Shown here: positions 30,126-39,746 of the stretch, piece after piece
How the letters are laid out: each line of letters opens with the position of its first letter
How positions within the stretch are numbered: the stretch's first letter is position 1
Assembly: GCA_964525635.1 (NCBI GenBank)
Contig: CAZGJX010000026.1
Span: forward strand, 1-41,123
Reading direction: 5' to 3'
From: an uncultured archaeon
GTDB taxonomy: Archaea; Asgardarchaeota; Lokiarchaeia; Sigyniarchaeales; SOKP01
DNA length: 41,123 nucleotides
The notes under the pieces: model-generated
Told to the model about the DNA's origin: nothing
The model's input: the letters and a program-made list of their open reading frames with translations, nothing else
Databases searched by the model: none
Position numbers and translations under genes: made by a program

Positions 30126-33077
30126 TTGCGGATAGTAAATTTGGATCTAAAAGAAATAGAAACCTTGATCTTAAAGGGGAACTATGAAAAAGCTACTTAT
30201 CAGCTGTTTGAATTAATAGATCTATATAAATCAAATTCAGATAAAGAATTTATTTATCATTGTCTAAACTTAGTAAATTTAATTTGTGATAAATCACCAA
30301 AAATTTCATTAGAAGTGATAAAAAACCTTTCCATATTTATTAATGATCCTGATTCTTGGATTCGGTTAGTTTGTCTAGAGATTCTATTTCAATTATCCAT
30401 ATATCGTCCTAATTTACTTATAGATTTATTAGATAAAATAAGAACCCGCTTATTTGATAGAGACCCTTCTGTGAGAAGACTTGCTGTAAAGATCATAGGA
30501 ACACTGATATCATCATTATATTTTAGTTCAATAGAATTGGATGAGATTTTAGAAGAATTCACTGAAAAATTAATGGATAATGATTGGAAAGTTAAATTAC
30601 AAGTAATAAGAACTATACATAAAATTATTACTCAAGATCACACAAAGATAAGAAATTTAGAACCTCTCCTTTCAATGGTAATTATTACTTTAAGAGATGA
30701 GGATGATGATGTCGCTAGAGCTTCTGCTGAATTATTGAAAATTTTAGGAACATATTTTCTATCAAAAGAGAAAATTTTTTATATTTTATTATATCTATGG
30801 CATAATGAAGATTCCAGAGTTAGAGAATTGATTGTATGGTTATTTGGTGAGATTGGGAAAGAAACTTCCTCAGAAATTATTCCTTTTATTCCAAAAATAC
30901 TGAAATTTTTAAATGTTGAAGATTTCAATATTCAATTAAAAGTAATTGATGCAATAAACAATATTGCTATTAATAATTTTGAACAGATTTGGGCTAATTT
31001 AATCCATACTATATCTGAAGCTAGTCAAAAATCATATAGAAATTCTCTTGGAAATGCAATATCTCAACTTTGTCAAGATCATATCGAACAAATCTTCCCC
31101 TATTTAATTGAAGAGTTAGAAAATCCTTCTGAAAATATTAGAAACACTATAATGATAGTTTTTAAGAGATTATATGACGAATTCCAAATTGAAATTGAAA
31201 ATGAAATTACACGAATTCTTTATAGAATTGAATCTAAATATTGGAGAGATAGGAAAAAAACAATTCAATTACTGAAAAATATTAATATAATTTTAAGTAA
31301 GAAGAAAATTGCTATTTGGATTAATATAGAATTAAATAAAATCTTACAAAAAGAAAAAGATTTAGATGTAAGAGAAGAAATATCATATACTTTAAAGACA
31401 ATAGAATCACAATTTCCTTATATTAAAAAAGATATTGAGAAAATAAATAATGAATTGTCTTTATTACGTAAAAGTATAAAGGATTTTCAAAAAATACCAG
31501 CAAAATTTAGAAAAAAATTAAATTCTTACATTAAGAATTTTGAGTTTAAAACTACTGAGATTCAATTAAATCAAATGTACGATGATATCTTAGGAAAAAT
31601 TCAAGACTTTCATAAAAAAATAGATCGTTTTGAATTTAAGAGATTAGCATTTAATTTGATTGAAGAATGGGAAGAAACTAAACTTCAAATAATAGATGAA
31701 TTAAGTACTATTAAAAGTTTTATTTTTGAAATATGTGAACAGAAAAAACAAGAGTTTAAATTAGATTTAGATGTAAAAATCAATCTATTGTTAGATAGAA
31801 TTGATATTTTAAAAGCTCAATTTGAATATATTAAAAGTATATCATTAGATAATAAATTTTTAGAAGATATAGACCTTAAATGGTATTCTAAACCTATAAT
31901 AAAAGATAATTTTAATTCTTTCTCCCTTCTAAGGAAAAATTTATTTAATCTTGATGTTGAGATTAGGGAAATGCTCATAAAAAATGTGGAGTTTGATACT
32001 ATCTTTAAAAATCTTCTTGATAATTGGGTTAAAGTAAAAATTGATATTCAGATATATCTAAATGATTTGAATAGGAAAATTAAAAATATTAAACAGAAAA
32101 TCATTGATGATCTTTCTACAATTAAGAATCCCAATGGAAAATCAGATCTTCAGAGCATCAATGAATTAAATGAAGAATTGTCTTTTCAGATTGTTCAAGG
32201 TCATATACAATCTATTATAACTTTTGGAATTGAAGGAATCAAGAAATTTAATAGTAATTTTGAAAATTTAGAATCAAACATAGATGTTTTAACAAAAACA
32301 GGAAGATTTGAAGAATCTAAAAAATTAATTGAAATGAACTCATCTCAAATTAAATCTTTCATTAATGAAACAGAAAAGCAGATAGAAACTATCATAGAAA
32401 AAAAAGATATTTTTGAAAAAAGTAAAGATGGATTTGATCTCTATATTCGTCCTTTTGTAGATAAATGGAATTCTTCAAAAGATTTAATTATCCCTAAATT
32501 GAAGAATTTTATTCAAAAAGGTAAAGAATATATTTATTTAAATGAAATTAAAAATTATTTAAAAATTATGAATCCAGTTGATTTTGAATTAATTTCGAAT
32601 TACATTGGATTAGAGAAAGACCAAATTAAAGAATTAGCTTTGAAATTTATAAAAGAAGAAAAACTTGATGCTAAAATAGTAAATAATTCTTTATATAGTT
32701 CTAAACTTGAATTTGAATTACCTAATTTAAGAGAGATTCTTTTATATAAAAATATAAGATCCATTGGAAATGAAATGGAGATAAATCTCAGATTAAATAA
32801 TCCTTCACATTATGATGTTAGAGATTTACAGATCACATTAAAATTGCCTCCATATTTAAGAATATCTAAAAAAGGAAGCTTTCCAAAATATTTTAATGTT
32901 GAGATATTAAAAGCAAATAATAATTTCAGATTTAAATATATATTAATATTCGATAAAGAAAGCAGAAAAAAAATCATCAATAAAGCTCAAGATGAAATTA
33001 ATCTTATAATATACTATAAAGGACCATATGAAGTCTCAAAAAAAATATCTAGAAGAATAAACTTATTTTTATCATAA
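30126..33077 (+). CDS. HEAT-repeat solenoid + helical region + winged-helix (PCI-like) + C-terminal Ig-like domain
   Basis: Repeated D-x-D-x-x-V-R HEAT units; ISNYIGLEKDQIKELALKFIKEEKLDAKI (winged-helix-like); EINLRLNNPS...LQITLKLP (beta-sandwich pattern). Confidence 0.8.
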   Translation: MRIVNLDLKEIETLILKGNYEKATYQLFELIDLYKSNSDKEFIYHCLNLVNLICDKSPKISLEVIKNLSIFINDPDSWIRLVCLEILFQLSIYRPNLLIDLLDKIRTRLFDRDPSVRRLAVKIIGTLISSLYFSSIELDEILEEFTEKLMDNDWKVKLQVIRTIHKIITQDHTKIRNLEPLLSMVIITLRDEDDDVARASAELLKILGTYFLSKEKIFYILLYLWHNEDSRVRELIVWLFGEIGKETSSEIIPFIPKILKFLNVEDFNIQLKVIDAINNIAINNFEQIWANLIHTISEASQKSYRNSLGNAISQLCQDHIEQIFPYLIEELENPSENIRNTIMIVFKRLYDEFQIEIENEITRILYRIESKYWRDRKKTIQLLKNINIILSKKKIAIWINIELNKILQKEKDLDVREEISYTLKTIESQFPYIKKDIEKINNELSLLRKSIKDFQKIPAKFRKKLNSYIKNFEFKTTEIQLNQMYDDILGKIQDFHKKIDRFEFKRLAFNLIEEWEETKLQIIDELSTIKSFIFEICEQKKQEFKLDLDVKINLLLDRIDILKAQFEYIKSISLDNKFLEDIDLKWYSKPIIKDNFNSFSLLRKNLFNLDVEIREMLIKNVEFDTIFKNLLDNWVKVKIDIQIYLNDLNRKIKNIKQKIIDDLSTIKNPNGKSDLQSINELNEELSFQIVQGHIQSIITFGIEGIKKFNSNFENLESNIDVLTKTGRFEESKKLIEMNSSQIKSFINETEKQIETIIEKKDIFEKSKDGFDLYIRPFVDKWNSSKDLIIPKLKNFIQKGKEYIYLNEIKNYLKIMNPVDFELISNYIGLEKDQIKELALKFIKEEKLDAKIVNNSLYSSKLEFELPNLREILLYKNIRSIGNEMEINLRLNNPSHYDVRDLQITLKLPPYLRISKKGSFPKYFNVEILKANNNFRFKYILIFDKESRKKIINKAQDEINLIIYYKGPYEVSKKISRRINLFLS

Positions 33078-33098
33078 TAGGATTTTTTATAAATTTTA

Positions 33099-33272
33099 AT
33101 GAATTTGTTAAATTCTATAAAGATTTTGAAAAATTAACCAATTCTTGTTTTCATTACTCATAGTCCTTATGGAACTGAATGGACATTTGGTGGTATTTCT
33201 TTTGCTATTGCTTGTGCTAATCATGAAATCCCAACTAAAGTAATTTTTATTAAAAATGGTGTTTATGGTTAA
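33099..33272 (+). pseudogene. DsrE/DsrF-like sulfur-relay gene remnant
   Basis: ILVFITHSPYGTEWTFGGISFAIACANHEIPTKVIFIKNGVYG* with an in-frame TAA at 33135 and a premature end. Not in the ORF track. Confidence 0.65.
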
Positions 33273-33334
33273 TCTCTTTTTTGTTATTAAGAATAGAGAA
33301 TTAATAAACCAAAAAAAATAGAATATTTTTCTAA

Positions 33335-33571
33335 GTGAAAAAAAGAATGGCGATAAATGAAATCTTAGACTATGCTAAATTGACCTGTACAAATTTAATG
33401 ATAAAGTTAAAAATTCTTCTGAAAAAAACCTCAAAGGGAGATTCAATAGAATTCTTTTCAAATCGAGAGCAATATGATAATATTAAGAAACCATTTTCAA
33501 AAAAACGTTTTAACTTTAAGGGAGAAAAAATATATAATAATAAACATCATATTATTATTTTAAAGAACTAG
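33335..33571 (+). CDS. TusA/SirA-like sulfur/selenium carrier
   Basis: ILDYAKLTC (LDxxGLxCP-like) and KGDSIEF; about 75 aa, directly upstream of selD. Start may be the ATG at 33347. Confidence 0.65.
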   Translation: MKKRMAINEILDYAKLTCTNLMIKLKILLKKTSKGDSIEFFSNREQYDNIKKPFSKKRFNFKGEKIYNNKHHIIILKN

Positions 33572-33669
33572 ATTTTGAAATCCTATAAATATACCAAATA
33601 ATTATAATAAATCTAAAAAATTACTTTAATTGAAAAAAGTAATTAACAAAAATAATATTAATTGGAAGT

Positions 33670-34710
33670 ATGAGGTTGATGAAAAAAGAAGTAGATTATA
33701 GATTAACATCACAGGTTAAGCTTCATGGATGATCATGTAAACTAGGTCCAAGTCAATTAAAAAACCTCTTAATGAAAACTGGTTTAACTGATGATATTGA
33801 GGATGCTTCTGTTGTTCCAATAACAGGAACTAATCTATCACTTGTTAAAAATCTCGATATTTTTACACCAATTGTGGATGATCCTGAAATTCAAGGAGAA
33901 ATAGCTGCTTGTAATGTTACAAATGATGTTTTTGCAATGAACGTTCCTGAAATAAATGGGGGAATGCTTGTCTTCTTAGGAATTAAAAATAATATGCCTT
34001 TAAGTATAATTGAAGGAATTCTGCGAGGAATAAAAAATTTCTTAGAACGCAAGATAAATTCAAAAATAGTTGGTGGTCATACAATATTTTGTGGTTGGCC
34101 ATTAATTGGGGGTGAAGCCTCTGGATTTGCAAAAAATGATTGGATTATAAAAAAGAGTGGTGTGAAAAACGGAGATAAGCTAATTTTAACAAAACCAATT
34201 GGATTACAAGGTGTTATGGCGTCATATCGATTATTAAAAGAGATGCCAGAGGTGTTAAATAATTATTCAAAAAGCGAATTGAATAAATCTATTAATACAG
34301 CTATAAAAATCATGACGACTTCAAACCAAAATATAGTGAAAACAATACATTCAATTAAAGATTTTTCTTTCATACATGCTATGTCTGATGTTACTGGATT
34401 TGGTCTTGCTGGACACATAGAAGAAATGCTTCAAAATTCTAAGCTTTCAGCTTTAATCAATAAGATTCCCTCAATTAAGTTTTCAAAAGAATTATCTGCG
34501 GAATTAGGATATGCTTTTGACGAATGTAAATCTCATGAAATTGCAGGTGGTATGTTAATGGCTGTAGATCCTAAATATCTAAATGATTTTACAAATAATC
34601 TTTCAAGTAATAAAATCCCAAATTGGACTATTGGTGAAATAGAAAAAAGAGATCCCAAATTAGTTAGGATTTCAGAAAACGTTAAACACATCGAAATAAA
34701 TGATTTTTAA
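33670..34710 (+). CDS. selD: Selenophosphate synthetase, selenoprotein (Sec at UGA 33730-33732)
   Basis: The in-frame extension MRLMKKEVDYRLTSQVKLHG-U-SCKLGP joins ORF 33772. DIFTPIVDDP, GGHT, LTKPIG and DVTGFGLAGH motifs. Start is ATG 33670 or 33679. Confidence 0.95.
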
Positions 34711-34711
34711 T

Positions 34712-34783
34712 TGATGTCGATGATATAAGCTTAAACGCGTTAAGCGAGTGCTTATTGAGAATTGCACCTGCAAGGTGTCATCA
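34712..34783 (+). ncRNA. Eukaryote-type SECIS element in the selD 3' UTR
   Basis: AUGA(U) 34720-34724 / UGAG 34756-34759 core; helix AUAAGC/GCUUAU; apical AAA plus mini-stem CGC/GCG; lower helix UGAUG/CAUCA. Confidence 0.85.
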
Positions 34784-34885
34784 TATAATCCTAAATCTAT
34801 TTATAATAATTTAATTAACTGTTAAAATATCAATTCTGAAAAAATAATACCTTAAATTACCATAAAATTTATTTCAAGAATAAGT

Positions 34886-35701
34886 TCATTTTATTTGTCC
34901 ACCTAAATCTAATATAATGTGTTTTAATTTATTTAATACTACATCTACTTTTTCGTGGCAATTGGGATTATCAAAGCAAGTTATAGAAAGTTCTATTTCA
35001 ATTGATGGTCCACTTTTTGGATGGGTTTTTATCCAAAGATTAGGATAATTATCTTTTAATTCATTTATTAATGGTGCTATTTGAGATTCTCCAATCTCTG
35101 TAAAAATAAACCCTTTTTGAATAAAGATACGTTTATTTTCTTTTAATAAAGGTAAAATTGAATTTTTAAACATAGCTTTCATTTCTGTGGGGACTCCTGG
35201 TAAAATAAATATATTTGTATTTTTCTCTTTAATTAAAACTCCTGGTGCAGTTCCTATATTATTAGTTAGAGGTATTGATCCTTGAGGTAAAAAAGCCATT
35301 TTTTCTCTAGCTTTGGTCATTCCTTTTAGTTTTAATCTTCCAATCTTATTTAGTTTATTATAACTCTCCTCTATTGATCTATATGCTTGATTATTTAAAA
35401 TGAGTTCTTTCCCTAATCCTATGGCAATTCCATTATTCGTCATATCATCAAAAGTTGGACCCAAGACTTTAAGAACCTTTATTCCTTAAATTAATCCGCC
35501 CGATGAAATGATTATTTCTGGTTTCCTTTTTAAAATTTCTCTAATTACATTCCCAATTTCTCCTAAATTGTCTCCGATTGTAGTAATCCTTCTAACTTTA
35601 TGTCCATATTTAGATATTTTTCTTGCCATCCAATTTGAATTTGTATCTTGAGTGTGTCCAAGAAGTATCTCATTTCCAATTATAAGAAGTTCTATATCCA
35701 T
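34886..35701 (-). CDS. CinA N-terminal-like / molybdopterin-binding-fold protein (COG1058 nucleotide pyrophosphatase family), two exons: 35701-35492 and 35461-34886 (261 aa spliced)
   Basis: IGNEILLGHTQDTNSNW, GD, SGGL|GPTFDDMT, GTAPG and LPGVPTEM motifs. The two track ORFs are in one frame and are joined by removing 30 nt. Confidence 0.9.
35462..35491 (-). other. Candidate 30-nt bulge-helix-bulge mRNA intron
   Basis: AUUUAAGGAAUAAAGGUUCUUAAAGUCUUG with an in-frame UAA. Outer helix GGGC/GUCC, central helix GGAU/GUCU, bulges UA^A and UG^G, inner helix UUUAAG/CUUAAA. Confidence 0.85.
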
Positions 35702-35905
35702 AAAAATCGAAAATCATCTATATAATTTAATTATTCTGATAATTAGATTTAAAATATAAATAATAATATACCGAAAATAAAAAAAGAGGTTATATATTTT
35801 AGATTTATAAAATTATAAAAAAAAATGATTTTTATTGTTTATTTACTAAGATTTGAAATATCTTGATTTATTTCTATAAATAATAATTAAATAAATATTA
35901 TAAAA

Positions 35906-36472
35906 ATGAGTGGCAAATCAAAAACAATCGAAATAGATGATAGTGGGACAGGTGATTTAGTAGGAAATGCTTTTATAGCGCTTCATCTAATCAATACTGG
36001 TGAGATTATTTTTAAAACAGTTCCGGTTAAATTGTATAGGGAAGAGAATTTGAAAAAAAATTCTCCAAAAAAAAAAATTCTTGAACTTGTCAAGCAAGGT
36101 TTAAAAGAATTGAATTTTAATAAAGAGACAGATACAATAAAATTATGTAGAGGAGATTGTTTTGATTTAGTTCGTATTTATTTTAAAGGAGAAGGTATAA
36201 ATTATGAACCCACTTTAATAGAAGGAAAATTACAGGATGCTGTAGAGGGAAAGCTAGTTTCACATTTAAAAAAATTAGGGGTAAGATCTAAAAAATTATC
36301 TATTAAAAGCGGTGTAGAAAGATATTTTATCTTATTTAATTGGGTTTGTCGAGATTTTCCAAATCGAGAAAAATATGTAAAAACTGGTTTTAAAAAATGG
36401 AAAACGGTGTGGAGAGAAAGAGCAATTATAAATTATAATAAATATAAGAAATCCAAAGGAAAAGTATCCTAA
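35906..36472 (+). CDS. Hypothetical protein, possible RNase H-like fold
   Basis: N-terminal IEIDDSGTGDLVG resembles the RNase HII/HIII DE-x-G-x-G motif. Confidence 0.6.
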   Translation: MSGKSKTIEIDDSGTGDLVGNAFIALHLINTGEIIFKTVPVKLYREENLKKNSPKKKILELVKQGLKELNFNKETDTIKLCRGDCFDLVRIYFKGEGINYEPTLIEGKLQDAVEGKLVSHLKKLGVRSKKLSIKSGVERYFILFNWVCRDFPNREKYVKTGFKKWKTVWRERAIINYNKYKKSKGKVS

Positions 36473-36535
36473 CTAATTAATTAACTAAAACAATTTCTTT
36501 TATTCAAATAAAAAAATTTATATTAACCATAAATA

Positions 36536-37234
36536 TTAAAATTTAAGTTCAGTTCCACAATTAATACATTTTGTTGATTTAGCTGGAACTTCTTGTCCAC
36601 ATGCAAAACATATTTTATTTCCTTTTTGGTTATAATTTTCAAGTTGAATTTCATTATTGTTTGCACTAGAATTATTTTGTGCAAAAATGGACATATCTAT
36701 ATCTTGATTTATCCTTTTCTCAACATATTCAGGATCATGTGGTGCAAGAATTTCAAACTTATTTGAAGCTTTGATTTCCTTAACACCTTTAGGTAAATTT
36801 TTGAATTGTGAGTTTTCTATTATTTCAAAATCTCTTTGAATTGCATTAAATCTTTCTTCCTGTATTTTATTCTCATTAGTTTCTACATTTATTTCTTTTT
36901 GTATATCTGGTTCTTTAATCATTGCTGGTTTAGGAATATCTTCTCTTATTTCATTGCTCTTTTTTTCTTTTGGTTTTTGAATAATTATAGGTTTTATTTT
37001 TAGTTTATTTAATTCATTTTTTAGCTCTTTAATATGCTCAATTATACCTTTAGTTCTATTATATAACATATTTCTAAATGTAAACTCGAGTTTAGGATTT
37101 TTAGAAGCTTTTAAAGTTAATTCTGTGATTTCAATCCAAACATCAACAGCATCCTTTAGATTATTGTTTTTTTCAGCAATTTTTGCTTTATTAACTAATA
37201 AATTTAATATTTTATTGAATTTTGTGATATCCAT
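36536..37234 (-). CDS. MIT-like three-helix domain + linker + C-terminal Zn ribbon
   Basis: KAKIAEKNNNLKDAVDVW...IIEHIKELK pattern; C-terminal CFAC...CINC. Confidence 0.7.
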   Translation of the reverse strand: MDITKFNKILNLLVNKAKIAEKNNNLKDAVDVWIEITELTLKASKNPKLEFTFRNMLYNRTKGIIEHIKELKNELNKLKIKPIIIQKPKEKKSNEIREDIPKPAMIKEPDIQKEINVETNENKIQEERFNAIQRDFEIIENSQFKNLPKGVKEIKASNKFEILAPHDPEYVEKRINQDIDMSIFAQNNSSANNNEIQLENYNQKGNKICFACGQEVPAKSTKCINCGTELKF

Positions 37235-37474
37235 AATATTTAACCTTTTTATTCAATTTAAACTAATAAAATCAAATATAAAAATTATAGAGTTTTTGCA
37301 TATATTCTCTTAAATCCATCAGATCTGCTTTGATTAAAATAATATAAAATAATAAACTTAAATATTAATACTTATTTAATAATAAACGTTAATAAAAGCA
37401 AATTCTATAATAATAATTTCTAATATCTAATATAGCTTCATCATTATAAATTAAATTATATGTTGCTAAAGTAA

Positions 37475-39361
37475 ATGTCGATAACTCCATTATCCCAAAA
37501 TGAAATTGAAAGATTACAAGATTTTATTGAAAAAAATGGTTGGTATTTAAAGGGATATATAGAGAATTACTTTCGATATAGTTTAAGAAAAGATAAAACA
37601 ATAATACTTACTATCAAATTTCCTGTTGTTCTTCCTGTTCATTTAAATATTCCGTTTGAAGTTGCATGTTTTAGAATTTCTTTAGCTTTTAAATACTGGA
37701 ATTTAGATACAAATATATTTAATTTAATTCAATATCTTCAAAAGAATTTGAGAGATCTTGCTTTACAAGTAACAATCGATTATGATTTCCCTATAAAAGG
37801 TAAAGAAACTGTTCTAATTGAAATCTTAAATTCAATAATCCCAGATTTAATTAAAAACGAAAATGAAAAAGCATGGAAAAACAGAATTCGGATTTCATTG
37901 ATGAATAAAGAAAAACTTTTTGATAATTTTAAAACTGAAGAAATTAGAAATATAGTTAATGAACTAAAAGAAATGGGATTAAATCCTACTTTTAATCATC
38001 CTTGGGAATTAAATAAAGGAATTCCTAAATTAAGAACTTCAGAGACCTTATTCTTTTCAAATGATGAATTATTTGATGAATTCTTTATATTAGAGAAGGG
38101 TTTTTTTACTTATTTTAAAGATCTAAATTTCAAAAAATTTTATATTAGATCCTTATTTGAAAGTTATAGCCCTTATATCCTTTTAAAGATATTCGAAGAT
38201 AATTCTGAGATACAATTAAATAATTTAATAAAAAATTGGGTCAAATTTTCAAGATTAATTCTAAATTCTATCATTGAGATAATAAATAAAAATGATTTCA
38301 GCGAAAATTTATTGGTTTCATTCAGACCAGAAAAAGCATTAGATGAAGAAGATTTTCTAGAGGAAGAAAATAATTTTCCTTTTTCCACACTTCATTATGA
38401 ATGTTTAGTTGCAAAAGAATTATTTCCTCTACATAATGATTTATTAACTCTACCACCAAGTGATTTTGAAGTAATTGAACATTTAAATTACTACACAAAA
38501 GCAGAAGAGTTAATGAATAATTATAAATTTAAAGAAGCAACTGCAATTTTGACAGAAGCTCTTAAGATTTTTAATAAACATAAGCAAAAAAAGATGGTTG
38601 TATCTATATTATTATTTTTAAATAAAATAGCTTTAATATTAGACCAAAAGGATCTGGCAATTAATTATTTAGAAAACGCTCTTTCAGTTGCTAAATCGGG
38701 GGAAGTTCCAATAAGTTATATTTTAAAAATTCATTATGAAGTTGCTAGAATATATTATAAATTGAAATTTTATGCTCAGGCAAGAGAACATTATGAGATT
38801 ATAGATAAATTTCTTGAAAGTGAAGAATTATCATTTAAAGAAAAAGAAGAATATCAAGGACTTTCTCTCATATTTTTAGGCTTAATTCATCAAGAATTGG
38901 ATAATATCCCAAGAGCAAAAGAAAGTTTCAAAAAAGCATTCCAAATAACGAATAACTCCATTAAAGTAAAATTAAAATATTATCTAATGAGGGCAAAATA
39001 TTATAAAACTAAAGGACAATTACCATTAGTTCAAAAAATGTTAAGATTAGGATTAAAGGATATAAATGTTAGTTCTGTAGATGATAATTCAAGAAAAATT
39101 CTAATTAATCTATTTATGGAGATTGCTGAATATTATATTCATGATAGACCAGATAGAAAGAAGGCAGAATATTACCTTAAAGGTATAAGAGATTCTATAA
39201 ATTTAACAACAATCTCAGGTATTAAGAAATCTATTAGATGGAATTTATTAATGAATGATTTTTATAAATTTTTAATAAAAGATCAAGATAAAGCTCAATT
39301 TTACTTTAAAAAAAGTCAAACTCTACAAAATCAATTAAGAATTATAGGGTTATCAGAATAA
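37475..39361 (+). CDS. TPR-repeat protein
   Basis: C-terminal TPR-like helices (AINYLENAL, AREHYE, LGLIHQEL...AKESFKKAF). Confidence 0.8.
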   Translation: MSITPLSQNEIERLQDFIEKNGWYLKGYIENYFRYSLRKDKTIILTIKFPVVLPVHLNIPFEVACFRISLAFKYWNLDTNIFNLIQYLQKNLRDLALQVTIDYDFPIKGKETVLIEILNSIIPDLIKNENEKAWKNRIRISLMNKEKLFDNFKTEEIRNIVNELKEMGLNPTFNHPWELNKGIPKLRTSETLFFSNDELFDEFFILEKGFFTYFKDLNFKKFYIRSLFESYSPYILLKIFEDNSEIQLNNLIKNWVKFSRLILNSIIEIINKNDFSENLLVSFRPEKALDEEDFLEEENNFPFSTLHYECLVAKELFPLHNDLLTLPPSDFEVIEHLNYYTKAEELMNNYKFKEATAILTEALKIFNKHKQKKMVVSILLFLNKIALILDQKDLAINYLENALSVAKSGEVPISYILKIHYEVARIYYKLKFYAQAREHYEIIDKFLESEELSFKEKEEYQGLSLIFLGLIHQELDNIPRAKESFKKAFQITNNSIKVKLKYYLMRAKYYKTKGQLPLVQKMLRLGLKDINVSSVDDNSRKILINLFMEIAEYYIHDRPDRKKAEYYLKGIRDSINLTTISGIKKSIRWNLLMNDFYKFLIKDQDKAQFYFKKSQTLQNQLRIIGLSE

Positions 39362-39377
39362 AATAAATAAAAATAAT

Positions 39378-39581
39378 TTAATTCGTATATTTATTTCTTT
39401 TTGCTCCAATAGAATTTGGTTGACCAGAATATTTTTGCTGTACAAATCGACTTTTATAAAGTTCTCTATAACGCATTCTTGGAGGTTTTTTTGAATTTGA
39501 ATTAACTCCTGTTCTTTCAATTTTAGGAGTTTGCATTTTAACTTTTCCTGCTTTTGTTAAACTTCCGTGAGAGCCTGGCAT
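39378..39581 (-). CDS. rps30e: Ribosomal protein eS30
   Basis: HGSLTKAGKVKMQTPKI signature. Confidence 0.95.
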   Translation of the reverse strand: MPGSHGSLTKAGKVKMQTPKIERTGVNSNSKKPPRMRYRELYKSRFVQQKYSGQPNSIGAKRNKYTN

Positions 39582-39746
39582 TAATTATCACTTGTATTGA
39601 AATATTAAATTTTATATTATTAATAAGGAAATGAATAAAATAAATTTTATTAAATTAAATTATAAAGAATGTGATTTAAGTATAAAAATTTAATTTGAAT
39701 AATTCTCTTTTATTATTAGAGAAAAATAAAAATATTTTTTGAGAAT

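Noticed and set aside
35486-35701. Treating 35486..35701 and 34886..35464 as two genes or a simple pseudogene
   Set aside because: They are in the same frame, the break lies inside the signature motif, and it is explained exactly by a 30-nt BHB insert.
340-38388. Short overlapping or antisense ORFs in the track (e.g. 340..552, 2529..2792, 3369..3587, 4305..4526, 6941..7360, 10099..10305, 13930..14193, 17986..18270, 24719..24988, 38173..38388)
   Set aside because: They are shadows of well-supported genes, with no motifs of their own.
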